From an uncultured Verrucomicrobiae bacterium (GTDB lineage Bacteria; Verrucomicrobiota; Verrucomicrobiia; Chthoniobacterales; JAFAMB01): DNA of 64,000 nt. Each line of letters starts with the position of its first letter. The first letter of the stretch is position 1. The notes under the pieces are model-generated. The model did not search any database. It had not been told where the DNA came from and worked only from the letters and a program-made list of their open reading frames with translations. The stretch is from contig CAVXLD010000004.1 of NCBI GenBank assembly GCA_963762565.1, positions 64,001 through 128,000 of the forward strand, given 5' to 3'. The translations under genes and the position numbers were made by a program. Of this stretch, positions 19,788 through 30,490 are shown piece by piece.

Positions 19788-21443
19788 TCATTTCGGCGCA
19801 GCACCGTTCTCTTCCGTGGCTAAATCGATGTATTTGTAGTTGTGAGCATCCAAAGCAAGTGGATTCCAATTCTTCACGCTCGGATCCATCAAGTAAAATC
19901 GTGTGAGCCAGTAGACCAGAACCGCCGGTGGTTCGCTCAGGAGGAGCCGTTCCGCATCATGGAGGATATCGAAGCGCTTTTTTGGATCACCGGTATGGGC
20001 CGATTCGTCCAATAGCTGGTCATAGTCGAGATCTGCCCAGTGAGTATTGTTGTTGCCGTTCCCCGTCGTCCATATTCCCAGGAAGGTTATTGGATCCATG
20101 AAGTCGCCAATCCACGAGTAGCGGCCAATATCGTAATTCATGGCATCCTCCGTATCCTGCAAAACTTTCCACTCCTGATTCTCGATATCGACGTCAATAT
20201 TCAATTCTTGTTTCCACATTTGCTGGATCGCCTCCGTAATTGCCCGAACGGATTGGTTGCTATTTATCAAGATTCGGAATTTTGGAAACCCTCGTCCATT
20301 GGCGTAGCCTGCCTGCGCCAACAACTGTCGGGCTCGATCTGGATCATAATGGATGAGATCGAGAGCTTCATAATCTCCGAGTCCCGGTGGCGTGACGCCA
20401 GTCGCCGGCAGTTGTTTGGCCCGCAGAATATTTCTGACGATTGCGTCACGGTCGACCGCAAGGTTTAACGCCAGACGAACTTTGGGGTCATCCAGTGGCT
20501 TACGCTCAACGTTAAGACGATAGTAATAAACAGCTTCATAGGGATCAATCCGAATCAATTCTGGATGTTCCCGCCGGTAATAGGGAACTTTGTCCAGCGG
20601 TACTGAACTGGTCTTATGCAACTGTCCCGCTCGAAAGGCGCGCTCCTCCGTATCGACATTCTCAATTGAATAGAAGTTGATCCCGATCAACTTGACGTTC
20701 TCGGCGTCCCAATAATAGGGGTTCCGCACCATTTCAATCACGTCATTCTGACGCCAGGTCTTCAAAACAAATGGACCGGTCCCAACGTAATTGCCCGGCT
20801 CGGTCCACTTCGTATCCCGTTCGTCGATTCTGCCATATTTCAGGACGGTTGGAATGTGGACCGGGAACCAATATTGATTGACCAAAACAGAGAGGAAATA
20901 GGGGGTTGGTCCAACCAAGTCGATTCGCAAAGTACGGTCATCGTCGGCGTGTACCCCAACTTCATCGAAGTCTTTTAGCTTCCCGCCATAATAGTCTTTG
21001 GCTCCCTTCATAATAAAAAGGGAATCGACATAAGGTGAGCCCAAGCCGGCGGTTAGAATCCGTTGGTAAGAAGCGACGAAATCGTGCGCTGTGACCGGGT
21101 CGCCGTTTGACCATTTCGCATTCTCCCGGATGTGAAAAAACCAGGCCGAATAATCTTGGTTGTGTTCCCAGTGATCCGACAATCCGGGGGTCTGTTTCGA
21201 CTGATCGTATTCATCAAGTTCAACCAACCCGCTCATCAAAGCGTTGACGATGTGATAATCGCTCGCCGACTGCATGAGTTGAGGATCGAGCGTCCGCGGT
21301 TCTGTGCCTTCGCTGATGAGAAGGATCTTATGCCGGTTTGCTTCTTGCAGCGTCTTGCTAGACCCAAACGCCTCTAGACCAAAGCCTACAAACAACCAAA
21401 AAAAGCCGCACCCCCACGCAAAGGGAGATAGTGGCTTTATCAT
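19788..21443 (-). CDS. oppA: Peptide ABC substrate-binding protein (OppA-like, family 5)
   Basis: EPRTLDP, AKWSNGDPVTAHDF, GTGPF, RNPYYWD; signal peptide from MIKPLSP. Confidence 0.9.
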   Translation of the reverse strand: MIKPLSPFAWGCGFFWLFVGFGLEAFGSSKTLQEANRHKILLISEGTEPRTLDPQLMQSASDYHIVNALMSGLVELDEYDQSKQTPGLSDHWEHNQDYSAWFFHIRENAKWSNGDPVTAHDFVASYQRILTAGLGSPYVDSLFIMKGAKDYYGGKLKDFDEVGVHADDDRTLRIDLVGPTPYFLSVLVNQYWFPVHIPTVLKYGRIDERDTKWTEPGNYVGTGPFVLKTWRQNDVIEMVRNPYYWDAENVKLIGINFYSIENVDTEERAFRAGQLHKTSSVPLDKVPYYRREHPELIRIDPYEAVYYYRLNVERKPLDDPKVRLALNLAVDRDAIVRNILRAKQLPATGVTPPGLGDYEALDLIHYDPDRARQLLAQAGYANGRGFPKFRILINSNQSVRAITEAIQQMWKQELNIDVDIENQEWKVLQDTEDAMNYDIGRYSWIGDFMDPITFLGIWTTGNGNNNTHWADLDYDQLLDESAHTGDPKKRFDILHDAERLLLSEPPAVLVYWLTRFYLMDPSVKNWNPLALDAHNYKYIDLATEENGAAPK

Positions 21444-21451
21444 ATTGTCCT

Positions 21452-23272
21452 TTATTTCGGCGCAGCAGTGCCCTCTTCCGTTTCCAAGTCGAGGTACTTG
21501 AAATTGTGAACGTCCAGAGCCAGCGGATTCCAGTTTTTCACGCTCGGATCGAGTAGATAAACCCGCGTATACCAGTAAATACAAACAACGGGCGGCTCGC
21601 TTAAAAACAACCGTTCTGCATCATGGAGAACATCAAAACGTTTCTGCGGGTCACTGGTATGCGCGGCTTGGTCTATGAGCTGATCATAGGTTGAATTGCT
21701 CCAGCCCGTAGCATTGTTGGCGTTCCCGGTTGTCCATATATTCAGAAACGTGGCCGGATCCATGAAGTCGCCGATCCAGCCGCCCCGGATAATGTCATAA
21801 TTCATCGAATTCTGACTTTGCAGATACACTTTCCATTCCTGATTTTCGATGCCGACATCAATGTTCAATTCTTGCTTCCACATCTGTTGGATCGCCTCCG
21901 CGATCACCCGATGGGCTTCGTGGGTATTGATCAGGATGTTGAACTTCGGAAAACCCTTGCCGTTCGGATAGCCGGCTTCTGCCAGCAATTGCCGGGCTCG
22001 CTCCGGGTCATAATGAATCACATCGAGCGGCTCATAACCATCCATTCCCGGCGGCACTAAACCAGCCTCGGGGCGCTGCTTGGCCCTGGTAATGTTGGTC
22101 ACAATCGCCTCCCGGTTTACTGCGAAATTCAGCGCCAATCGAACCTTAGGATTATCCAATGGCTTTCGGTTAGTATTCAGACGGTAAAAGTAGTCGGCTA
22201 CGAAAGGATCGATCCGAATCAGCTCGGGATGTTCCCGCCGGTAATAAGGAATCCGATCTAACGGAACGTCCAAGGTCTTGTGCAGTTGTCCGGCCTCGAA
22301 TGCTCGCTCTGCGGTATCGGAATTCTCGATCGAATAAAAGTTGATCCCGTTCAATTTGACGGTCGTTGCATCCCAGTAAAGCGGGTTACGCACGACTTCG
22401 ATCACATCATTTTGGCGCCAGATCTTTAATTTAAAAGGCCCTGTTCCCACGTAGTTGCTGGGCAAGGTCCACTTGGTACCGCGCTCATCCATCCTACCGA
22501 ACTTGAGGATTGTCGGCATATGAACTGGAAACCAGCAGGGGTACAGAATTGCGGATAACAAATACGGCGTTGGTCCGATCAGTTCTATCTTGAGCGTGTG
22601 AGGATCCTCAGCGTGAACGCCGACCTGATCAAAGTCGGTTAATTTTTGATCGTAGTAATCCTTCGCGCCCTTAATGATGAACAGGGCTTCGGAATATACT
22701 GCGCCTAAACTCGCTGTCAGAATACGCCGGTAAGAATCGACAAAGTCCTGCGCGGTTACCGGATCCCCGTTTGACCACTTCGCATTCTCGCGAATATGGA
22801 ATGTCCATAAGGAATAATCTTCATTGTGATCCCAATGATCGGCCAAACCAGGCACCACCTTCGCTTGATCGTATTCATCGTTCTCAACCAGGCCGTCCAT
22901 CAATGAATTGATGATTTCGTCTTCAGTCTGGCCTTGGCAAATTTGTGGATCCAGAGTTTGCGGCTCCGATATCTCATTGATGAGCAGGATCTTGTGCCGG
23001 TTTGCTTCTTCTAGAGTCCGGCTCATGGCGAATAGAGAAGAAGCAGGGGCAAGGAAGAGACAAACGGCGGTGAGTAAAGCGGCGTGTCGAAGCCGAGCCC
23101 CGGGAGGGATCGCGTCCCCGCGATCCGTTGTCACCGAAGCCCAGCGCGTTTTGTTACCATGGACGAAAATATGGCCCTGAGTTAGAACACGTTCTCGCGG
23201 CGCGCGGGGACGCGCGCCCTCCCCTGCAATGGGTCTCGATTCATTACAAGGGCTAGGACCAAACTTCATCAC
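21452..23272 (-). CDS. oppA: Peptide ABC substrate-binding protein (second OppA paralogue) with a REPIN in its N-terminus
   Basis: Same motifs as the neighbour; the start overlaps the upstream stop (GTGATG/TGA). Confidence 0.88.
   Translation of the reverse strand: MMKFGPSPCNESRPIAGEGARPRAPRERVLTQGHIFVHGNKTRWASVTTDRGDAIPPGARLRHAALLTAVCLFLAPASSLFAMSRTLEEANRHKILLINEISEPQTLDPQICQGQTEDEIINSLMDGLVENDEYDQAKVVPGLADHWDHNEDYSLWTFHIRENAKWSNGDPVTAQDFVDSYRRILTASLGAVYSEALFIIKGAKDYYDQKLTDFDQVGVHAEDPHTLKIELIGPTPYLLSAILYPCWFPVHMPTILKFGRMDERGTKWTLPSNYVGTGPFKLKIWRQNDVIEVVRNPLYWDATTVKLNGINFYSIENSDTAERAFEAGQLHKTLDVPLDRIPYYRREHPELIRIDPFVADYFYRLNTNRKPLDNPKVRLALNFAVNREAIVTNITRAKQRPEAGLVPPGMDGYEPLDVIHYDPERARQLLAEAGYPNGKGFPKFNILINTHEAHRVIAEAIQQMWKQELNIDVGIENQEWKVYLQSQNSMNYDIIRGGWIGDFMDPATFLNIWTTGNANNATGWSNSTYDQLIDQAAHTSDPQKRFDVLHDAERLFLSEPPVVCIYWYTRVYLLDPSVKNWNPLALDVHNFKYLDLETEEGTAAPK
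23101..23224. repeat. REPIN family B (simple form), inside the oppA ORF
   Basis: CGGGAGGGATCGCGTCCCCGCGATCC ... GGCGCGCGGGGACGCGCGCCCTCCCC. Confidence 0.85.
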
Positions 23273-25389
23273 ATTGTCCCTGACTCAATGCCAACCTTCT
23301 TTAGAAAAGGTTGCAATGATTGTTTGCGACCTAGAAAACGCTGGACAGATTCGGATACATCCCGCGAATTCCCGACTGCATAAATATCATCGCGTAACCG
23401 GCGTCCGACGGTGGGATCAAGAAATCCGTCTGGAGCCTTTTGAAAAACGGATGCCATATCCGCCGCGATTGCGTCCGCCCAGGCGTATCCGTAGTAACCG
23501 GCATCATAGCCGTCAAAAAGATGTCCGAACGACGCGAGCATGGCACTGCTGGGATCCCCCGGGAAGAATACGTCATCTAGAACCGAATTGGCGTAGCCGT
23601 TAAGATTCGCCTTCTGCTCCGCCGTCAGAGGCATATGCAGTTTCAGATCCATGATAGCAAAAGAAAGCTGACGACGATACCAGGAGGCCTTGGTAGCGAG
23701 ATCCGCTTCTTTCAGCTTTGACAAGATCTCGGCCGGAATCTTTTTGCTGGGATCTCGATAATCTGCGGCGAAACTATCCAATACGTTCTTATCCCAGGTG
23801 AAGTATTCCAACATCTGGGACGGCGCCTCAACGAAATCCTGAGGTACATTCAGCCCGGAAAAACTCGAATAATCCACCGTAGTGAGGATCGCATGCATGG
23901 CATGACCGAATTCGTGAAAGATGGTGGTTACTTCCTGATGATCCAACAAGGATGGCGCGTCCGCGGACGGCGACGGGAAATTGCAGATCAGCTCAGCTGT
24001 CGGTCGCTGATATTTTCCGTCGGCCAGAAGTTTGCCGTCGATCCCGGAAAAGGTAGCAAAATGGTTATACTTTCCGGGTCTCGGGAATAGGTCCATGTAC
24101 AGCAGCCCAAGCGGTTGGCTGGTGGCCGCATCAATAATGGCGTAGAGCTTCAGGTCATCCACATATTTTGCCGGTGACTCCAACGGTTCGATCTTGATCC
24201 CAAAGATCCTTTCATACACCGTGAACATTCCCTGCAGAACCCGATCCATGGGGAAATAGACTCGCAAAGCTTCCTCATCGATCGCGTATTTTTGCTTCTC
24301 GAGCTGATTCGAGACAAAGTACCAATCCCAAAGGTTCACCTCCGGATTGGTGGAGCCGGGGAATCCTGCCTTTATCTTCTTAAACTCTGCTATTTCCTCG
24401 TCGTATTTTGGCTGAAGACCCGACTTGAGTCTTTCCAGGAAATCCAAAGCGTTGCTCCCTGATTTAGCCATTCTGGTCTCAGTCTGATAATCCGCCCAAG
24501 ACTGGTAGCCGAGGAGCGTTGCCAGTTGTGCCCGCAAAGAAATGACTCGCGCCGCAATCGGGAGATTCTTGTCTTTAGCCCGGGTGTCTCGCGCGATTTG
24601 TAGTTTTTTGCGTGTCTCTTCTTTGACGCAATTCGAAGCGACCGTCATAAACTCCGGCGCAACATTCGCATCGACAGTATATTGATCGTCGCCGGTTTTT
24701 ACCTGAGCAAGGAAGTTATCCGGCACTCCATCCAAATCATTTTTCGAAAACGTTAGTTTGGCGCTGGCATTATTGCTGTTAACCGCAAAATGCGTATCCC
24801 AAAACGCGATTTGTTTCCGTAAGCCTTCGACCTCTTTCCGTTTCGTTTCGTCGAGCGTTAATCCAGCTCGTTTATAGTCCCGCAACGTAAAGTCTAACAG
24901 ACGCTGTTCTACCGGCTTAAGCTGCGGTTTGGTGTCGGCAAATGCACGAACCGATTGATAGACGTCTTCACGATAGTCGATCCCAACCACAAACTCGTTT
25001 AGCTTCTGGACGGCGTCGATGGCCGCAGCCCGCATCTTAGGGTCGGGATGCGCCTGCTCGATAATATCGAGCCGGTGATGAACGGTCTGCAGCTCGAACG
25101 TCACGTCATCCAGGGCTCGAATTGTATTCTCGAAAGTAAGCTGGCCGGCGGTAAGCTTGCCGATATCGTCCAATTTTTTATTGGCAGACGCGACCGCCGC
25201 ATCGGCGTCGGCGGCGATTTGCTCCGGCGTGGTTTCCCAGTTCAGAGGGGTAAGTAACGTGTTAAACTTGGCCGCTTGTTCCTGAAGCTCAGCCAGGATT
25301 GGCTGGGCCTTCTGTGGATTGTGGTCCGACTGGGCAATGCTGATTAAGGGGAACAGCAGGGTCGCAAATGCGCTAAGGCTGGATTTCAT
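23269..25389 (-). CDS. M3A family Zn oligopeptidase (thimet/oligopeptidase A-like), probably exported
   Basis: FHEFGHAMH (HExxH), DFVEAPSQMLE, GYDAGYYGYAWA; start MKSSLSAF gives a signal-like N-terminus. Confidence 0.92.
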   Translation of the reverse strand: MKSSLSAFATLLFPLISIAQSDHNPQKAQPILAELQEQAAKFNTLLTPLNWETTPEQIAADADAAVASANKKLDDIGKLTAGQLTFENTIRALDDVTFELQTVHHRLDIIEQAHPDPKMRAAAIDAVQKLNEFVVGIDYREDVYQSVRAFADTKPQLKPVEQRLLDFTLRDYKRAGLTLDETKRKEVEGLRKQIAFWDTHFAVNSNNASAKLTFSKNDLDGVPDNFLAQVKTGDDQYTVDANVAPEFMTVASNCVKEETRKKLQIARDTRAKDKNLPIAARVISLRAQLATLLGYQSWADYQTETRMAKSGSNALDFLERLKSGLQPKYDEEIAEFKKIKAGFPGSTNPEVNLWDWYFVSNQLEKQKYAIDEEALRVYFPMDRVLQGMFTVYERIFGIKIEPLESPAKYVDDLKLYAIIDAATSQPLGLLYMDLFPRPGKYNHFATFSGIDGKLLADGKYQRPTAELICNFPSPSADAPSLLDHQEVTTIFHEFGHAMHAILTTVDYSSFSGLNVPQDFVEAPSQMLEYFTWDKNVLDSFAADYRDPSKKIPAEILSKLKEADLATKASWYRRQLSFAIMDLKLHMPLTAEQKANLNGYANSVLDDVFFPGDPSSAMLASFGHLFDGYDAGYYGYAWADAIAADMASVFQKAPDGFLDPTVGRRLRDDIYAVGNSRDVSESVQRFLGRKQSLQPFLKKVGIESGTM

Positions 25390-25500
25390 ATGAGATCCGA
25401 TCGAGAGGGGCGGCATCGATGGGATGCCAAATATGGAAGGGGTCGGGTAGGTTGTAAAGGATTGGTAAGGGGAGGCGCAAGACCCCGGGGCGTGGCCGAT

Positions 25501-25601
25501 TTTGGTGGGGCGAGGCTCCCGAACGACCGAAATAGTTTCACAGAGGGACACGCTACCCCCTGATACCGCCTTCGGTGGTTCGGGACCCTCGCCCCACCAA
25601 A
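25501..25601. repeat. Short family-A inverted repeat
   Basis: TTTGGTGGGGCGAGGCTCCCGAAC ... GTTCGGGACCCTCGCCCCACCAAA. Confidence 0.8.
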
Positions 25602-25627
25602 TGGGGCCTAGCCCCAGGCACACCGAC

Positions 25628-26389
25628 CTACCCTTTGCCCGGCGAACGAGAGAGTTTCTGGATCGCGTCACGCAGTTCAGCCGCCCGTTCGTAAGCCTCA
25701 TCTGCAATCGCGCGTTCCAAATCTCTTTCCATCAATTCCAACGGACTTAATGGAAGGTTCGCTTTAACCTCGGACAGCCATTCATTCAAAAAGGCAAGCT
25801 CCGAGCTGGTTTCGATCCATTCTGGCTGGCTGATTGATCGGTAGAAATTTTCGATCTGTTGAATCCCGCTCTCAATGACCCGGATCGCTTGTCCGACTCG
25901 TCCACCCTGGACCTCAATCGATGCCCGAGCCCGCGTATTCATCATCACGATGTAGGGACGAAATTGTTCGAATGCCCATCTGGATTCCTCTTCTCGAACA
26001 TGATTCGTCACAAAATCGCACACTTCGATATTTCGATCGGTATCCCGGACAACGTTCGGATAATCCTGCAACTGAAAAAGACTCAAGTAACGATGATAAT
26101 ACTGCACTGCCTCCTGCTGTAGGGCGACAAGATCGCCATCACCCAGCTCATACGTGGTACCCCGAGTCTGCGCCATACTGGCTCGCGACTGGTGGTATTG
26201 GAGCAACGATTCATATCCGAACGGTCGCTCGCCGTCCGGTCGACCCTGCAATTCCATCTGGATAAGGCCGAGATCAATCCGAAGCTGCAGCTTTTCACGT
26301 CCATCGTTCCCCACGATCTTACGCGCTTTCACCTGTCCGGGTTCATGCGACCACCCGTCCAACAAGTTGTTCAAGTCCAGATTGCTCAC
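25628..26389 (-). CDS. UvrB/UvrC (UVR) motif-containing conserved protein
   Basis: C-terminal LERAIADEAYERAAELRDAI; GREKLQLRIDLG...GRPDGERP N-terminus; GTG start inferred. Confidence 0.8.
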   Translation of the reverse strand: MSNLDLNNLLDGWSHEPGQVKARKIVGNDGREKLQLRIDLGLIQMELQGRPDGERPFGYESLLQYHQSRASMAQTRGTTYELGDGDLVALQQEAVQYYHRYLSLFQLQDYPNVVRDTDRNIEVCDFVTNHVREEESRWAFEQFRPYIVMMNTRARASIEVQGGRVGQAIRVIESGIQQIENFYRSISQPEWIETSSELAFLNEWLSEVKANLPLSPLELMERDLERAIADEAYERAAELRDAIQKLSRSPGKG

Positions 26390-26440
26390 TCCCGCGGAAT
26401 ATCGAAGTAGGTTGGGAAATGTCAAAAGGGGGAAACGGGA

Positions 26441-26744
26441 GGAGCCAGGAGCTAGAATCTAGGAGGGCGTGCGGCGTGAAACGCCCGGTAGGGCGAGGCT
26501 CCCGAATAGCCAATCGGTTTAGCCGAAGCATTTCTGTAGCACGCAGCCCCGCCGCAGTGTTACGCCGTGAAACGCGCCGAGCCGTGGTATACCGTGGGCC
26601 ACGGCTCGGCGCGTCTTTAGACCTTGCACATTGACCTCTTGCCGTCTGTGCGGTTTACCCTTGGTGAATCGCACAGCTTTTCGGGAGCCTCGCCCCACCA
26701 AATTGGGGACCACACGCCCTCCTAGCTCCTAGATTCTAGCTCCT
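26441..26744. repeat. REPIN family A (26487-26701) nested in inverted AGGAGCT heptamer arrays
   Basis: ggagccaggagctagaatctaggagggcgtg ... cacgccctcctagctcctagattctagctcct around the REPIN. Confidence 0.85.
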
Positions 26745-26807
26745 CTCACCGAGCCAACCACTCCGAGAAACGAAGTGGCGGCTCCGTGGTTACCAACACC
26801 CAGCGCC

Positions 26808-28490
26808 CTAGAACAGCGGCTGTGTGCCTTCGATTTGGACGGCCTGCAGCTCACTTGGGTTTAGCCCGAGCAGCTCCAGGATCGTCGGGGCGATCTGCGT
26901 GGTCTCAACCGGCGTTGTGACATTCGAACCAGCAATCGCTCCCGGCCATGCCACCAGGATCGGCACGTTTCGATCCTCTAGGTGATCACCGCCGTGTTCG
27001 GCGATCTTGCCCTTACCCCCCGTAAAAACAACTCCGTACTGAGCCAGACCGATCACGTCAGGGACTCGAGGATCCATCTGATCGACCCCGATAAGCTCGG
27101 CTGCAGCTTGGCCGGTATAGATTTGTGACAGGCCCGCAGACTTGACGGGCTTACCATCTACACTCGCCGAGGAATCGTTGTATTTAGTAAGGAACTGTTT
27201 CGCAAAATCGGTTGCGGCCGCAGACCGATCGTTGAGCCAGAGCAACATCCCGTCATCATCGGTCCCGAGTGCAACCAAGGGTTTCGCGGCGCCATGCGAT
27301 TTAGCCCAGGCAGCGTTCATCGCGCTGATAATTTGGCTGTCGCTGATCCGGTTAAGCGCAGCAACATTCATCGGGCACTGTCCGTGTTTAGCCGAAAAAA
27401 TGATCGCGGTGTCGCTGAGGATTCCCTGGCTGGTGAGGGCGCTCACCATCTCGCCCAGAGATTTGTCAACGAAATCGAGCGCGTTGGTTAACACAACCCC
27501 AGGAGTAAAACCATCAGCCAGATACCCGCCCTGGGCGTTCCCCGACGGATCGCCTTCGGTTGGAGAAGTCGGCAACTTCTGACCGGTTGAAACCGTCTGG
27601 AAGTTCATGCCAAAGATCGCCGGAGTACCAGGATTGCCCGTACCGTCGTGGGAATGCCCATTGATCCAGTTAACGACGGCCTCCACCTTGTAGTTGTCAT
27701 ACTGCTGAGTGAAAAGATTGTTCGTTGTCCAATCGTTCGCGTTTGGATCGATCGGATCGGTCTTGATGGCGCTGCTATTAATCTCGGGCGTAAAGTAGTC
27801 ATCGACACCTTGGCCGGACGGTCCTGACAGGATCATGTAGGCCGGGTGTTTATCAGACCACGCCGTCAACAAGTTGTGGGCATGGGCTACCTCGAAGACG
27901 GTGTTTACCTGCAGATACGTGTTGGGGTAGATCGGCAGACAGGTCGAAGGATTAAAGATCAGATTCGCGCGATTGATCACCAACAGGGGATTGCCGGTCA
28001 TCTCAAGAATGTTAGCCCAAGGGTTTTTTCCCGGGGCAGGCACGAGGCCCTGACCGGCGTCGAGCGCGCCCTTGTTGATGTCTAGAGCTTCGAAGTAGGT
28101 CACTTCACCGCCAGGCACCGGTCCGCTACAATTGGTGGTTCCTGCCGGGAACACCGCGTGGTTCCAGGTGTCATCATAATAGATACCGGTGGTACGAGGG
28201 TTACCTCCAGTGAGCTGCCCTACCATTCCCGGGAACGAATCTGAAGGGAAGGGCGTGCTGGCGTTGGAGAAATCGACGCCTTGAGCCATCAGCGCCGCTA
28301 ACGTGGATTTGGGATGGGTCTCGACGTACCAAGCCAAATCAGATTGATGCATCCCATCAATCGATATCAGCAGTACATGGCTGACCGTGGAGACGTTGTT
28401 GCTGTTAATGCTTCCCGCTGTCGCCGGAAGCGCCAACAGAATACTGGCGGCTATACCGCCGAGCGTTGCAGTTGTCGTCCTATAATTCAT
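26808..28490 (-). CDS. Alkaline phosphatase superfamily / type I phosphodiesterase, secreted
   Basis: HVLLISIDGMH, PSDSFPG, SAKHG, AEHGG; signal peptide. Confidence 0.85.
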   Translation of the reverse strand: MNYRTTTATLGGIAASILLALPATAGSINSNNVSTVSHVLLISIDGMHQSDLAWYVETHPKSTLAALMAQGVDFSNASTPFPSDSFPGMVGQLTGGNPRTTGIYYDDTWNHAVFPAGTTNCSGPVPGGEVTYFEALDINKGALDAGQGLVPAPGKNPWANILEMTGNPLLVINRANLIFNPSTCLPIYPNTYLQVNTVFEVAHAHNLLTAWSDKHPAYMILSGPSGQGVDDYFTPEINSSAIKTDPIDPNANDWTTNNLFTQQYDNYKVEAVVNWINGHSHDGTGNPGTPAIFGMNFQTVSTGQKLPTSPTEGDPSGNAQGGYLADGFTPGVVLTNALDFVDKSLGEMVSALTSQGILSDTAIIFSAKHGQCPMNVAALNRISDSQIISAMNAAWAKSHGAAKPLVALGTDDDGMLLWLNDRSAAATDFAKQFLTKYNDSSASVDGKPVKSAGLSQIYTGQAAAELIGVDQMDPRVPDVIGLAQYGVVFTGGKGKIAEHGGDHLEDRNVPILVAWPGAIAGSNVTTPVETTQIAPTILELLGLNPSELQAVQIEGTQPLF

Positions 28491-28853
28491 CTTTTTCTAG
28501 GTTTCTTCTGCGCACCCGTGTGCTGTGATGAGCCACCTCCTTTCCGGTTGAGGTGTTACTAACCCGAAGGGAGGTGAGCTTCCCGGCGAGGTAAGCAAAC
28601 CAGACCGCGGGGAGACAACGAGTTCAATGTAACGAAATGGTCATCGAAAACGTGCCACCTGCCGGGGAGAAGATGCTCGAAGAACGCGCCGTAGTAACGG
28701 CCCGGGCAAGGGAAGGCGCGCGTCCCCGCGCGCCGAGTTGTTCCGCTTATTTCGAAGTAATCAGTAATCAGTGTCCGCCGTGGCTCGGCTCGGATCAGAA
28801 CTGCTTACCGCTTACCGCTTACTGCTCACTTCGGGAACAAGGGCTGCGAGCGA

Positions 28854-29606
28854 TCACACGCACCCAACGAGCAAATCCGCCAATCCCCGTGGATCCGTGA
28901 CAATGGCGTCGTGGCCGGTGGATAGTTCCAAGTAACGCCAGTCGGTTTGAGCCCTTACCCATTCATGTGTCGGAACTGCCGGCTCGTAAATTGGATTCGT
29001 GCAAGCAATGTAAGTTTTGCTTATGCCATTTCCGAGAGGATGCTTTAGCTGGATGGGCGCCCGATAACAGTTGACGGGGAGCGGAGTCAATTGTCGCCTC
29101 AGCCATTCAGCATCGGCCGGGTCGGTCACACCAAAGGCCTCTGGAGAAGGGGGCGGAATCGTGATGCCTCCGCTACTTTTTTCGGCGAGTTCAATCCGTC
29201 GAGCGACGATAGCCGAATCGAGTTGGCTGAAGCCGCTCTCCCCGTCTCTGAGGAGCACGGTATCGACATAAATCAGGCGCCTGAGCCGCTCCGGCAGCCG
29301 ATCCGCCACTGCCGAGACAGTATTGCCACCAAAGCTGTGCCCCACCAGAATGATATCGTTCAACTCTTCGGCCGCGATCACATTCACGATATCAGTGGCA
29401 AAATCTTCAATCGTTAAATCCGGGCGAGTCAAATGAACGCGTTCGCCGAAACCGGTCAGAGTTGGAGCAAAAACGACGTGTCCGGCTGAGCGCAGGATCG
29501 CGATTACCCGCCGCCAGCACCAGCCGCCGTGCCAGGCGCCATGTACTAAGACGAAGGTATGAGTTGAAGGCACGGCACAAAAGCAGCCAATTGGCGCTAA
29601 AGACAA
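28854..29606 (-). CDS. Alpha/beta hydrolase (esterase)
   Basis: FVLVHGAWHGGWCW, GHSFGG nucleophile elbow, TGHD; start uncertain. Confidence 0.9.
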   Translation of the reverse strand: MSLAPIGCFCAVPSTHTFVLVHGAWHGGWCWRRVIAILRSAGHVVFAPTLTGFGERVHLTRPDLTIEDFATDIVNVIAAEELNDIILVGHSFGGNTVSAVADRLPERLRRLIYVDTVLLRDGESGFSQLDSAIVARRIELAEKSSGGITIPPPSPEAFGVTDPADAEWLRRQLTPLPVNCYRAPIQLKHPLGNGISKTYIACTNPIYEPAVPTHEWVRAQTDWRYLELSTGHDAIVTDPRGLADLLVGCV

Positions 29607-29739
29607 ATTTCACCATAAGAGAACAAAATATTTACAAAAGAACGAACTAACAAACAAAAACCACACACCAATAATCAACTTCGTTTCTCGTTGCCTTCTG
29701 TAAAAAAGTTCTTCTTGGTGTCTCGGCTCTGAAGTAAGG

Positions 29740-30036
29740 CTATTCGAAGTCGTAGACAACGACCTTGGCGAAGAGTGGTTTACACTGCTCCACGAATTCC
29801 AAGTGTTGCGGATGAACCTGGTAATCATCTTGAGCTTGTTTGCTCTCGAAGTGGATGTTCAGCGCAGCTTGGTAGGTCTCATCAACGATGTCGCGGTGGC
29901 TGGTTGCCATCTTTCCAACGTGGAAATTCACAATGCCCGGGATTGATTCCAGGTATTTCTTGGCCGCGGCGATCACCTGATCAGGAGCGTCGGGCTTGCT
30001 CGGGTCGGTCCAAAAGATCACGACGTGTGAAAACAT
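29740..30036 (-). CDS. Dabb / stress-responsive A/B barrel protein
   Basis: MFSHVVIFW...IPG...YQVHPQH...VYDF. Confidence 0.88.
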   Translation of the reverse strand: MFSHVVIFWTDPSKPDAPDQVIAAAKKYLESIPGIVNFHVGKMATSHRDIVDETYQAALNIHFESKQAQDDYQVHPQHLEFVEQCKPLFAKVVVYDFE

Positions 30037-30214
30037 CCAGCGATATACGCTGAGATGCTCTGGCAACGCAACCATTCGACAAGCTCAGGGCCGGCCCAGG
30101 CTCTTAGCCCCCGGTGTTTAAATCGTGCTCGTGCTCGTGTCGTCTAGTGCTCGAAAGAGCATGTTGCCCCTAATGTGGCTTCGAAAATGTGGACAGCTCT
30201 CGTGGAGGTTTTTT

Positions 30215-30376
30215 GTCCCGTAGGGACTAGATGATAGTAGCCTGGCAGTTTACTGCCTGGAACCGGTTAGAAAAAGGGTTACGTCCCGTTAGGGTACGGT
30301 GTGATACCGGTACAACGCTTGTCCGCACCTGCATGAGTCGAGCGACACAACCGAATCATACGTTCTACGAGACGGG
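30215..30376. repeat. REP family D (GTCCCGTAGGGAC; CC(A/T)GGCAGTTTACTGCCTGG)
   Basis: Collinear inverted relative at 49817-49905. Confidence 0.75.
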
Positions 30377-30490
30377 CCATCTGCGTTATCTGCGTTAATC
30401 TGCAGGATATTTAATCTTCTATTTAGTCTGGGGTGAACAAGGGACTCTTAGTAAGATCGACGCGTGTACGACTGGTGTTTTCGGACGGAC

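Noticed and set aside
25390..25707. 106-aa N-terminal extension of the M3 peptidase
   Set aside because: It runs through a repeat and overlaps the upstream gene; MKSSLS gives a plausible signal peptide.
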